Positions 9,882-18,461 of a stretch of DNA of 64,000 bases are shown here, piece after piece. Numbering within the stretch: position 1 is the first letter of the stretch; every line of letters begins with the position of its first letter. This stretch comes from Candidatus Hydrogenedentota bacterium (GTDB lineage Bacteria > Hydrogenedentota > Hydrogenedentia > Hydrogenedentales > SLHB01): positions 43,534 to 107,533 of the forward strand of contig JADLGB010000006.1 in the NCBI GenBank assembly GCA_020849535.1, written 5' to 3'. The position numbers and the translations under genes were made by a program. The notes beneath the pieces are model-generated. The model saw nothing but the letters and a program-made list of their open reading frames with translations. It was not told where the DNA came from and did no database searches.

Positions 9882-10994
9882 TTAGTATCGGCCCAATTCC
9901 ATGCCCCGTTCAACAAAAAAGCGATAACTGTCGTACTCCACCTGGTCCGGGATGGAGTGGTCCGAGTGCAAGACGTAGCCAAACCGGCCTTTGACCACTG
10001 GGATCTTCTGGCGAAGTTCCGCATCGATACGCTGGCGGTCGTTCGAGTACAACACGCGCACGTCGATGCCCCCCATCAAGGATAAGCGTTCGCCATAGTC
10101 CCGGTAAAGTGCGAGCAGATCCATGCCGGCCTTCACCTCGATGACTTGAAGGCAATCAATGCCTGCTTCGAGCATGCCGGGCAGGAGCGGCTCCACGTAG
10201 CCGCAGGAGTGCATGATGACCGGCAGGCCGTGGCTGCGCGCGAAGTCGATGGTGCTGCGGTGGCCCGGCTGGATGATGGCGCGGTACATGTCCAGGGAGA
10301 AGAAGGGTCGGCCCTTGAAGCCCATGTCCTCGTAGAACCAGAGGCCATCGGGATAGCCCTCTTCGGCGAAGAGGATCTCCATGAGGCTCACCGCCAGACG
10401 GGAGTAGGTGTCGACCATGTCGCACACCCATTCGGGGTCCACGGCCATCCCCATCAGCATGTACTCGTGCCCGCAAACCGGGTGCATCATCTCAAACACG
10501 TTGGTGCCCGACCACGCGAAGAAGCGGTTGCCTTCCCGCGCCTGGCGCCGGGCGTTGCGATACCCCTCGAAATCGATGCGGGCGCGGTCCGGCGAGAGAT
10601 GGGGCTTGGCGTGCTCTTCCCAGGTGGCGCGGTCGCGCACGAGAAAATCCACGTGCTCCGGGGTCGCGTCGTGGAGCTTGTGGCGGCGCAGGACCGCGCC
10701 GTTCCCGTCGCGGGTCAGAACGGTCTCCTCATTCTCGTCGATGATCTCCGGGACGTAGTCCAGTCTGGCCGTCATGTTGAAGGGCCAGAAGAGTTGGAGG
10801 TCGAAGTTGAAATGGTCTTCCAGCGATTCGCCGGGGCGGAGGTGGCCCGCGGCGGTCCACTTCTTCTGGGTGTCGCCCCAGAAGTGCTCGTACAACCCGA
10901 TGCGGTCGACGGGCTTTCGCTTGAGAATGTTGCCGATGCGCTCGACGCCGGTCATGAGGGACTTGCTTTCAATATTTGGGATCGCCGCCGACAT
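9882..10994 (-). CDS. URO-D family methyltransferase (MtaA/CmuA-like methylcorrinoid or substrate:corrinoid methyltransferase).
   Basis: About 370 aa with a URO-D-like fold signature. GGGAGG RBS upstream. It overlaps the next URO-D paralog by 26 nt. Confidence 0.7.
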   Translation of the reverse strand: MSAAIPNIESKSLMTGVERIGNILKRKPVDRIGLYEHFWGDTQKKWTAAGHLRPGESLEDHFNFDLQLFWPFNMTARLDYVPEIIDENEETVLTRDGNGAVLRRHKLHDATPEHVDFLVRDRATWEEHAKPHLSPDRARIDFEGYRNARRQAREGNRFFAWSGTNVFEMMHPVCGHEYMLMGMAVDPEWVCDMVDTYSRLAVSLMEILFAEEGYPDGLWFYEDMGFKGRPFFSLDMYRAIIQPGHRSTIDFARSHGLPVIMHSCGYVEPLLPGMLEAGIDCLQVIEVKAGMDLLALYRDYGERLSLMGGIDVRVLYSNDRQRIDAELRQKIPVVKGRFGYVLHSDHSIPDQVEYDSYRFFVERGMELGRY

Positions 10995-12141
10995 GCAGCA
11001 CCTCCCGTTTGCGATCCAGGTAATACTTGTACAAGTCCAAGCTTACGTCGGCGGGAACCCGGTGATCCACGCCGGGGATGAAGCCGCCCTGTTCAACATA
11101 GGGTTTGAGCCGTTCGAGTTCCGCGTCAATGGCCGCGCGGGAATGCGCGAGCTTGCGCTTGCAGAAGCCTCCCCAGAGGCGAATGCGCTTGCCGTAGCGT
11201 TCGCGCAGCAGACAAGGGTCTGTGCCCGCGTGGACTTCCACGGGGAACATAGTGTTCATGCCGTTGTCGAGAAAGGTCTCGACGATGGGAAGGATGTTAC
11301 CGTCCGTGTCCGTGGTGTATACGCAACAGCCGTGGGCCACGAGCAAGTCGGCAATACGCCGGTACCAGGGTCCGACGACGGCGTGGAAGAAGTCCGGGGG
11401 AATGATGGGCCCCATGTTGAAGCAGATATCTTCCCATCCCATGCAGAAGTCGGCCTGGATGCGCGGCAAGGCGCGCTTCAATACGGCCACCGTGGCTTCA
11501 CCAAAGGTATTGATGATCTCCGTGAGCAGGATGGGATCTTCGTAAGCCATCGTGGCGATGCGTGCGAAGCCGATGAGGTTGCGGGGCACCCCCACCATGC
11601 TTCCCCCATAGACGCCGACGGGGACACCGCTGCGCAAGGCGATGGCAAGCGAGTCTTCAAATTCCTTCCAGCGTTCGGGCGCGTCGGGATCGAGTGCTTT
11701 CTTGTAGGGCTGCCACGTCGCGGCGTCCTTGACGGGATAGTCCAGAAAGTGCGGGATGGACTTGTCGCCGTGCTTATTGATGCGCGCGATCCAGCCCAAC
11801 TCGTCGCGGTAGGTCATGTGACTATCATCTTCTTCGAGGATGGCATATTCGCAGACGGGCAATGGATTCGATGTGACGTTGAGCCACAGCCAGCTCTCAA
11901 TGCCAAAGTAGTCGTACGCGGTCGCTTCACCAACGACGGTTTCGGGCAGGCCTTGCTCGTGCCAGGACTCGAGCGTGCGACCCCAGTAGCCGAACTCGAA
12001 GTTGGGGAGCGTGACGACGTCTTGGAAGAACATGGTGCGGCGGAAGCGCTCGCGCAGAGTGAGCGCCTCGCCTGCGGCATGCGGTAACACCGCAGTGCCG
12101 CGCGCACTGCTTAGAGTGCCAGCGATTTCGCTATAGTCCAT
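10969..12141 (-). CDS. URO-D family methyltransferase (MtaA-like), second paralog.
   Basis: Start re-assigned to internal ATG (MDYSEIAG…), verified as 'cat' at 12139-12141 and preceded by GGGGGGAA. The track ORF extended upstream spuriously. Confidence 0.7.
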   Translation of the reverse strand: MDYSEIAGTLSSARGTAVLPHAAGEALTLRERFRRTMFFQDVVTLPNFEFGYWGRTLESWHEQGLPETVVGEATAYDYFGIESWLWLNVTSNPLPVCEYAILEEDDSHMTYRDELGWIARINKHGDKSIPHFLDYPVKDAATWQPYKKALDPDAPERWKEFEDSLAIALRSGVPVGVYGGSMVGVPRNLIGFARIATMAYEDPILLTEIINTFGEATVAVLKRALPRIQADFCMGWEDICFNMGPIIPPDFFHAVVGPWYRRIADLLVAHGCCVYTTDTDGNILPIVETFLDNGMNTMFPVEVHAGTDPCLLRERYGKRIRLWGGFCKRKLAHSRAAIDAELERLKPYVEQGGFIPGVDHRVPADVSLDLYKYYLDRKREVLHVGGDPKY

Positions 12142-12421
12142 GATTCCCCCCGTTCGCCGATATGGTACCGCACTTCGTGCGGCAGATGCACGAAGCCACA
12201 CGGACGTGCACGGACCGACACGGACAGACACGGACGGACACGGACCGGCACCGACAAAGAGAAGACTGAGGCCCCCACCGCGCACGGGGACGAGGCAGTC
12301 CTTGCTGTCCTTGCTGTCCTTTTCGAGATTTGCTTTCCCAGACTCAGTCGATATACTGGGCACTGGCGGCCAAGTTGCGCATGCGGTGCCGCCGTGAAGT
12401 GGCATCTCAGGGGGTTTCACC

Positions 12422-13429
12422 ATGACGTCGCGAGAACGCGTGTATCGCTGTTTGAACTTTGACCATCCGGACCGGGCGCCGCGGGACTTGTGGTACCTGG
12501 CGGGGGTCTCGATGCTCCGCGCGCCGGAGCTGGAGCGGATGTTGGACCGCTTCCCCATGGACTTCGAGCAGGCGGTGGGCCGCTACGGCGAGGCGGCGCG
12601 CACGCGCGGGACGGTGGCGGAAGTGGGCACCTACACCGACGCGTGGGGTTGCGTGTGGTCGGTGGCGGAGATTGGCGTGTGCGGCGAGGTGAAGCATCCG
12701 CCGCTGGCGGACTGGGCCGCGCTCGAGGACTACTCGGCGCCGTGGGAGATGTTGAAGGGCGCGGATTTCTCCGCGACGGACGCCCAGTGCGAGGCGTCGG
12801 ACCGCTTCGTGAAGGCGGGTACTGAGGTACGGCCCTTCGAGCGGATGCAGTTCCTGCGGGGCACCGAGAACTTGCTCATGGACCTCACGCTCCAGCCCCC
12901 GGAACTCTTCGAGCTGCGAGACTTGCTGCACGAGTTCTTCATGGCGGAATTGGAGCTGTGGTGCAGCACCAAAGTGGACGCCATCAGTTTCATGGACGAT
13001 TGGGGCGCCCAGGGGAATCTGCTCATCTCGCCGGACCTGTGGCGTTCGTTTTTCAAGCCGATGTACAAGGACTACTGCGACCTCATCAAAGGCGCGGGGA
13101 AGCGGGTGTTTTTCCACTCGGACGGATGTATCCGGGCGATCATCCCCGATTTGATCGAGGTCGGGGTGGACGCGCTGAACAGTCAGCTCTTCTGCATGGA
13201 TATCGAAGAGATCGGGCGCTCGTTCCAGGGCCAAATTACGTTCTGGGGCGAGATCTGCCGGCAGAACATTCTTCCGTTCGGCACGCCGGAGGAAGTGCGA
13301 GCGGCGGTGCGCCGGGTACGCAAGGCGCTGGACCGGGGCAACGGCGGCGTTATCGCGCAGTGCGAGTGGGGCATTCGAGATCCTGTGGCGAATATCGAGG
13401 CGGTCTTCGAGACGTGGAGTGAAGAGTAG
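12422..13429 (+). CDS. URO-D family methyltransferase (MtaA-like), third paralog, divergent from the preceding genes.
   Basis: 335 aa, N-terminus MTSRERVYRCLNFDHPDRAP; clearly similar in length and pattern to the other two URO-D-like proteins. Confidence 0.7.
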   Translation: MTSRERVYRCLNFDHPDRAPRDLWYLAGVSMLRAPELERMLDRFPMDFEQAVGRYGEAARTRGTVAEVGTYTDAWGCVWSVAEIGVCGEVKHPPLADWAALEDYSAPWEMLKGADFSATDAQCEASDRFVKAGTEVRPFERMQFLRGTENLLMDLTLQPPELFELRDLLHEFFMAELELWCSTKVDAISFMDDWGAQGNLLISPDLWRSFFKPMYKDYCDLIKGAGKRVFFHSDGCIRAIIPDLIEVGVDALNSQLFCMDIEEIGRSFQGQITFWGEICRQNILPFGTPEEVRAAVRRVRKALDRGNGGVIAQCEWGIRDPVANIEAVFETWSEE

Positions 13430-13471
13430 GCGGCGCTTCGGAAAGCCTGGGCGCGTACGCCATGGAAATGA

Positions 13472-13514
13472 AAAACCCCGGCGACTCTCCCCCGAAAGGC
13501 GCCGGGGTTTTCCT
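13472..13514 (+). terminator. Rho-independent terminator downstream of the third URO-D gene.
   Basis: Sequence AAAAACCCCGGCG…CGCCGGGGTTTTCC: a GC-rich hairpin followed by a T-run. Confidence 0.6.
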
Positions 13515-13725
13515 CCCCCCAGAGGAATCGTGATTCCCCTCATGGCTAGAGCGAGCTAGCTGCTCCGGCCAAACCTGTGAGCAAATATATCCAAAACGGG
13601 GGGAACAACCGCCTCAAGACTCCCAATCATCGGTCTTAGCTGCAAGGCTGTCCTGGTGACAAAGGTGGGATGTGAAGGCTTGGGTTGGCCGGGAAGGTCT
13701 GTCAGATCAGTCAGGTAGGTGTTGT

Positions 13726-14160
13726 TCATCGCTCTGACTCGCTTCCCTCGCCTTGAGCCGGGCACTCCCCCCGTTCTTGGCAATTATTGGTGGACAACAG
13801 ACTGTGTACCAGATTGAGCAGGTTTGGGCCGTCGACGGGTTTGGCTACGTAGCGGTAGCTTTCCCCGTTCTTCGAGCCGTTGCCCGCGAAGACGATCCCC
13901 GAACCCGACATAACAATCACGGGCAGATTCGGAAACTCGTCGTGCAGGATGGACATTGTCTCAGTCCCTTCCTGCTCCGGCATCATGATGTCCGTGATGA
14001 CCAGGTCTGGACGCTCGTGGCGGCACAAGTCCACACCGTCCCGGCCATTTTCAGCGTCCCAGACTTCGTGACCGTCTTGCTCCAGGATCAATCGAAACGT
14101 GAGACGGAGGACGGGCTCGTCGTCGATGACTACTATACGCGACATGCTCCTGTTCTCCAT
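13726..14160 (-). CDS. Single-domain response regulator (CheY-like receiver).
   Basis: Receiver motifs RIVVIDDEPVLRL…DLVITDIMMP…PVIVMSGSG. Start could be 14160 or 14145. Confidence 0.75.
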   Translation of the reverse strand: MENRSMSRIVVIDDEPVLRLTFRLILEQDGHEVWDAENGRDGVDLCRHERPDLVITDIMMPEQEGTETMSILHDEFPNLPVIVMSGSGIVFAGNGSKNGESYRYVAKPVDGPNLLNLVHSLLSTNNCQERGECPAQGEGSESER

Positions 14161-14567
14161 CGTTTCGAGTGAAGCCCCCCATTGGAGAAGCCGGTTGAGT
14201 TCTCTTCCCTGCACGAGCCGGGTAGATACCGATTCCCCCTCCCGGGGACGTTTGGACTAACCGTCAGGACCATCCAGACCCTTACTGGCCATCACGTCCA
14301 CTATAATGCACGAAGCGTGCCAGCTTTGGCTGGTGCGGCCATTCAGAGTCTAATTTGTTTACTTACAGTTAGTTATCCTCAGAAGTGCGATGAAGACGCC
14401 CAACGGGACCACAAAACACAGGCGTTCATTAGTACAGCTTTGCACAGTACACAGATGTCCTTTTTGGGGGGAAATTGTCCTGAAATATCTAAAGTCAATA
14501 CACGTTCAAGCCCAATGGCCCTGTTTTCGACATAATGGCGGTCCAAAGTGGGCCGCTGGCCCTCCTC

Positions 14568-14740
14568 GTAGGGCGGGATTTGTTCCCGCCTTCTTATCAG
14601 GATGGGGATTGCCTCTGGCATGTTCAAGAGCCGGCAGGGATGCCGGCGCTCCCAGTAGGGCGGGATTTGTTCCCGCCTTCTTGTCAGGATGGGGAATGCC
14701 GCTGGCGTTCTCAAGAGCCGGCAGGGATGCCGGCGCTCCT
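14568..14740. repeat. Two tandem copies of an ~84-bp REP-like unit. Each unit contains two hairpins (GGCGGGATTTGTTCCCGCC and GCCGGCAGGGATGCCGGC).
   Basis: Direct sequence comparison: unit 1 ~14568-14651, unit 2 ~14655-14739 (>90% identical). Related copies are at 28075-28160 (+ inverted fragment 28218-28245) and 37155-37180. Confidence 0.8.
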
Positions 14741-14849
14741 GATTGCGCGCCTGCTAAGCACGGTTAGATTGCTCTGAAATCTCCCCTCTTGACATACCTG
14801 GAGGTTCATGGTACTTTATACCTTGAACTCCAAAGTAGAGGGCGTAATC

Positions 14850-15185
14850 ATGAAACTGGACAAAGAACTCGTTGGCGCAAGCACGAGCCTGCTTGTGCTT
14901 TCCACCCTGGCGCGGGAAGCCACCTACGGCTACCGGCTTATCAAAGCCATCAACAAGGAAGCGGACGGCCTCTTCGAGTGGCAGGAGGGCACGGTCTACC
15001 CCATTCTGCACAAGCTGGAGAAGGAGGGGCTCGTCCGCGCGCAGTGGCAGACGGCGGACACCGGGCGGCGGCGGAAGTACTACTACATCACCGCAGGCGG
15101 GCGCGAAGCCCTGGGCCAAGGCGTCGAGCAGTGGGAACGCTGGCACGGCATGGTCATGAAGCTGGGGGAAGCACGCAATGGATAA
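14850..15185 (+). CDS. PadR family transcriptional regulator.
   Basis: Winged HTH pattern …LLVLSTLAREATYGYRLIKAINKEADGLFEWQEGTVYPILHKLEKEGLV…YYYITAGGREAL. A 23-bp palindrome TTCATGGTACTTTATACCTTGAA lies just upstream with a TTGACA -35. Confidence 0.85.
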   Translation: MKLDKELVGASTSLLVLSTLAREATYGYRLIKAINKEADGLFEWQEGTVYPILHKLEKEGLVRAQWQTADTGRRRKYYYITAGGREALGQGVEQWERWHGMVMKLGEARNG

Positions 15186-16197
15186 GCAACTGAGCCCGGA
15201 GACGGAGGCGGCGTTGCGCGACGCGGTGCGCGAGATCGGGACGGCCCGAGGACTGGACGAAGAGGCTCAAGAGGAGTTGTACGCGCATCTCGAGGACAAG
15301 GCGCTGGGCTATCTATCGGGCGACGAGAGCCTGTCTGAAGCGGACGCAGTAGTGCTTGCGCGCAAGCATTTTGGGATGGTGGGTATGGCGCGGAGAAGTA
15401 CGGTGCGCTCCCCCATTCCGGTTTGGTCGCCGGCTTTTGCACGGATTGTGGTGATCCTGGCAATCCTGGACGCCGCGCTGGGCGTGGTATTCTCCGGGTT
15501 GCGCGGCAGTGGCTATGTTCTCAGGGGGATCGGGTTGGGCTCGCTGTACAGTGACGCATTGGCCCTAAGCGTACTCCTAATCGCATTCGGTCTATGCCTC
15601 GTATTCGCGAATCGCACGGATTGGACTCGCAGCGGTTCGACCGGAACATGGCACCTACGAGTGAAGATGCGTTGGCTGGTACTTGCGCTGGGCCTGCTGA
15701 TGATTCTCCGCTGGGTAGTTCCTGGCAGACTTGACCTTTTCGGCTTGCCGGGGATTTCGCGTCAGGAACTTCCAGAGAAGTTGGAATGGTTGGGTCTGGC
15801 GATAGCGGTTCTGTGGGCGGGTACTTGGGTCCGCTGCATTCGCCAGGCCAACAGGAGCGCAGCGCCGCTTGCCGCGTGCGCTGCGATGTGGGTCGTGCTG
15901 CGCCTGTCATTCGATGGGGCCAGAAGCTTCTTCGGTTGGCTCTCGCCGTACCACGATGTCGGCGGCGGCATGGCATGGATGCTCGTTCCGGGCAGGCTCT
16001 TCAGGGAGCCAAACGACTTCTTCGCGATATCGAAGAGCTTGCTTCGCATACTCTGGAACAGCGGCGCGGCGCCGCTCGCGTTCATTGTTCTGATCATCGT
16101 TTTGTATGTCGTGCAGTTCCACTTGGTCCAGGCAATCCGAATGTACGTGCGGAACTGCCGCAACACTCAGCGGGGGATGCCATGGGTGCTCGATTGA
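15178..16197 (+). CDS. PadR-associated membrane protein, paralog 1 (N-terminal soluble helical domain plus polytopic TM domain).
   Basis: Overlaps the PadR stop. N-terminus MDKQLSPETEAALRDAVREIG…LEDKALGYLSG… is shared with the two downstream paralogs. Multiple hydrophobic helices follow. Confidence 0.6.
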   Translation: MDKQLSPETEAALRDAVREIGTARGLDEEAQEELYAHLEDKALGYLSGDESLSEADAVVLARKHFGMVGMARRSTVRSPIPVWSPAFARIVVILAILDAALGVVFSGLRGSGYVLRGIGLGSLYSDALALSVLLIAFGLCLVFANRTDWTRSGSTGTWHLRVKMRWLVLALGLLMILRWVVPGRLDLFGLPGISRQELPEKLEWLGLAIAVLWAGTWVRCIRQANRSAAPLAACAAMWVVLRLSFDGARSFFGWLSPYHDVGGGMAWMLVPGRLFREPNDFFAISKSLLRILWNSGAAPLAFIVLIIVLYVVQFHLVQAIRMYVRNCRNTQRGMPWVLD

Positions 16198-17255
16198 GTC
16201 CGGAAACCGAAGCCGCGCTGAGGAAGCTCGCGCGGGAGATTGGCAATTCGCGTGGGCTCGACGATGACGCGCAGGAAGAGTTGTACGGGCATCTGGAAGA
16301 CAAGACGCTCGGGTATCTGTCGGGAGAGGATGGCATCACCGAAGCGGACGCGGTGTTGTTGACGCGGGAGCATTTTGGGGACCCGGGGGCGTTTCCGGAG
16401 GCTCTCGCGCAGATGCCAACGCCGTTCAGGAGTTCGGTGAGTCTGCCGAGGCGGCTGGCGGCGGTGGCGGTGCTGACGCTGGCGGTGGGGGTTGCCTTTA
16501 GTGTGGTGCGGCTGCTCATCGCGCTGTGCTTGGACAGGGAGTCCGCGGTTGTGTTCTTTGGACCTGCTGGAAGACCGTGGATGTTTGTGCTTGAAGCAAT
16601 CAGTCTCGGCGTGATCTTCTTGCGACTGCAGAGATGGAGGACTCTGGAGCGCCGCGGTTCACGGGTCTGGTACCAGAATTGCCCGGGGTCCATCTTCGCG
16701 TTTTGTGTTGTCGCGTTGATCTTCCTCGATTGGTGCGTACCCGGTGTGCGTTTGGATCAGGTGGCAGCCGCAGCGGGCCTTGAGCAGTTTCTGTATTCCT
16801 TGCGTCGGCCGCCGCATCCGATCATCTACAGTTACTATTTCCTTATCGCGGTCGACTGGGCGCCCAACCTGATTGCGCCGATGCTCTGGATTTGGTGGGG
16901 CGAACAGCGGCAGTACCGGACGAAAGCGACCATGCTGTCGGCAGTTGCCTGGGCGGGCTTCAACACCACCATGATGGTCCCGATGGCAGTGTTTGGAAAT
17001 CCGGTGTATCTGCTAGGACCCACGGATTCAAGGTATACGATGTATGTCGCCATGGGACGTTTCGCCATCCAGAGTACATGGGGGCTCGCGCCGGAAAGGC
17101 CGCTCGTCACGGTGGTGGCATGGGGCTATATGGCTTTCGTTCTGGCTTTGTTCGCGGGGACGGCCGCCGTGATGTACCTGTTGCCAAGCTGGACTATGAG
17201 CGTGCTCGGGCGGATCCGCAGAACTGAGATTCGTTTGCGGCCGGTTGCGCGCTGA
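16182..17255 (+). CDS. PadR-associated membrane protein, paralog 2.
   Basis: Start re-assigned to ATG (MGARLSPETEAALRKLAREIGNSRGLDDDAQEELYGHLEDKTLGYLSG…). N-terminal ~70 aa is nearly identical to paralog 3. Confidence 0.6.
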   Translation: MGARLSPETEAALRKLAREIGNSRGLDDDAQEELYGHLEDKTLGYLSGEDGITEADAVLLTREHFGDPGAFPEALAQMPTPFRSSVSLPRRLAAVAVLTLAVGVAFSVVRLLIALCLDRESAVVFFGPAGRPWMFVLEAISLGVIFLRLQRWRTLERRGSRVWYQNCPGSIFAFCVVALIFLDWCVPGVRLDQVAAAAGLEQFLYSLRRPPHPIIYSYYFLIAVDWAPNLIAPMLWIWWGEQRQYRTKATMLSAVAWAGFNTTMMVPMAVFGNPVYLLGPTDSRYTMYVAMGRFAIQSTWGLAPERPLVTVVAWGYMAFVLALFAGTAAVMYLLPSWTMSVLGRIRRTEIRLRPVAR

Positions 17256-17360
17256 GGGTGCCGCGCACGTGGCGCGGCGAAAGGCATTCGAGTAAGAACC
17301 GTGAAGAGATGTTCACAGATTCAGCAGGGCATATTTGCGCGGCCTCACAGGAGTCACACG

Positions 17361-18422
17361 ATGGACAAGAAGCTCAGTTCAGAAACCGAAGCCGCTCTCC
17401 GTAAGCTCGCGCGGGAGATTGGCAATTCGCGTGGCCTCGACGATGACGCGCAGGAAGAGTTGTACGGGCACTTAGAAGACAAGACGCTCGGCTATCTGTC
17501 GGGGGAGGATGGCATCACCGAAGCGGACGCAGTGCTGCTGACGCGGGAGCATTTTGGGGATCCGGGAGCGTTTCCGGAGGCGGACGCACAGGTGCAAGCG
17601 CCGTTCAGGAGTTCGGTGAGTCTGCCGAGGCGGTTGGCGGCGGTGGCGGTGTTGACGCTGGCGGTGGGCGCGGCGGCATCCATAGCCAGGTTGATCGCCG
17701 CGCTGAGTATGGACACTGAGTCGGCGATCAATTACTTGGGCCCGAGAGGCTGGTCTTTGATTTGGATAGTTATGGCACTCCAGGCGGCCTGTATTCTCTT
17801 TATGTTGAACAGATGGAAAGCGCGTGAACGCCGAAGCCAGCAGTTGTGGTACGCGAATCGTGCACCAAGTTTCCTGGCAATGGTGCTTTTCGGAATGACG
17901 ATTATCGTCTGGTGCATACCGGAAGTGCGACTGGAACACAGCATATTCGCAGCTCAGCATGAAGCACTCATCTTTTCCATGGTTCGAATGCCCAACCCAA
18001 TCCTCCGAACGTTCGTTGTTATTGCGCCGGTTGTCAGTGTGCTTTTTCCAGTCCTATGGATATGGTGGGGAGATTGCGAAAGCGTTCGAGTACGGTCTAT
18101 CGTCGCCGCAGCTGTGGCGTGGGTGGGAACAAGTATCACCGTGTCGATTCCATCCATGCTGTATGGAAGTCCAGTATTCGTGGTCGGCGATTCGACAAGC
18201 CGAATCGAGATCCTGCCCGCCATGGACGCCGGTGCAGTTCACCAAGCGTTTGGGTTGACACCGGAAGATGTAGCGGGCACCGCGCTGGCGATGATAGTGC
18301 TGAGAACGGTGTATGCGGTGGCTCTCGCGGTTACAGGGGCTGTCGTCTATTCTCTGATTAGCCTTGCCAGTCGCACGGTGCGGCACTACGGCAGGATCCG
18401 CTGGCGGCCGGTTGCGCGCTGA
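17361..18422 (+). CDS. PadR-associated membrane protein, paralog 3.
   Basis: N-terminus MDKKLSSETEAALRKLAREIGNSRGLDDDAQEELYGHLEDKTLGYLSGEDGITEADAVLLTREHFGDPGAFPEA… is identical over ~70 aa to paralog 2. The C-terminal …RIRWRPVAR is shared. Confidence 0.6.
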   Translation: MDKKLSSETEAALRKLAREIGNSRGLDDDAQEELYGHLEDKTLGYLSGEDGITEADAVLLTREHFGDPGAFPEADAQVQAPFRSSVSLPRRLAAVAVLTLAVGAAASIARLIAALSMDTESAINYLGPRGWSLIWIVMALQAACILFMLNRWKARERRSQQLWYANRAPSFLAMVLFGMTIIVWCIPEVRLEHSIFAAQHEALIFSMVRMPNPILRTFVVIAPVVSVLFPVLWIWWGDCESVRVRSIVAAAVAWVGTSITVSIPSMLYGSPVFVVGDSTSRIEILPAMDAGAVHQAFGLTPEDVAGTALAMIVLRTVYAVALAVTGAVVYSLISLASRTVRHYGRIRWRPVAR

Positions 18423-18461
18423 GGATGCCGCGCGCGAGGCGCGGCGGGAAGGCAAAGATAA

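Noticed and set aside
14568-14740. CRISPR array (tandem 84-bp repeats here; also the GGGACCAAA x4 at ~24552-24590).
   Set aside because: The repeat units are directly adjacent with no unique spacers. Unit length and internal hairpin structure fit REP-like elements and microsatellites, and there are no cas genes in the window.
17975-17995. tRNA-like T-loop motif GGTTCGAATGC.
   Set aside because: It lies inside a well-supported CDS (PadR-associated membrane protein paralog 3) with no acceptor stem/anticodon arm context. No convincing tRNA or rRNA was found in any intergenic region.
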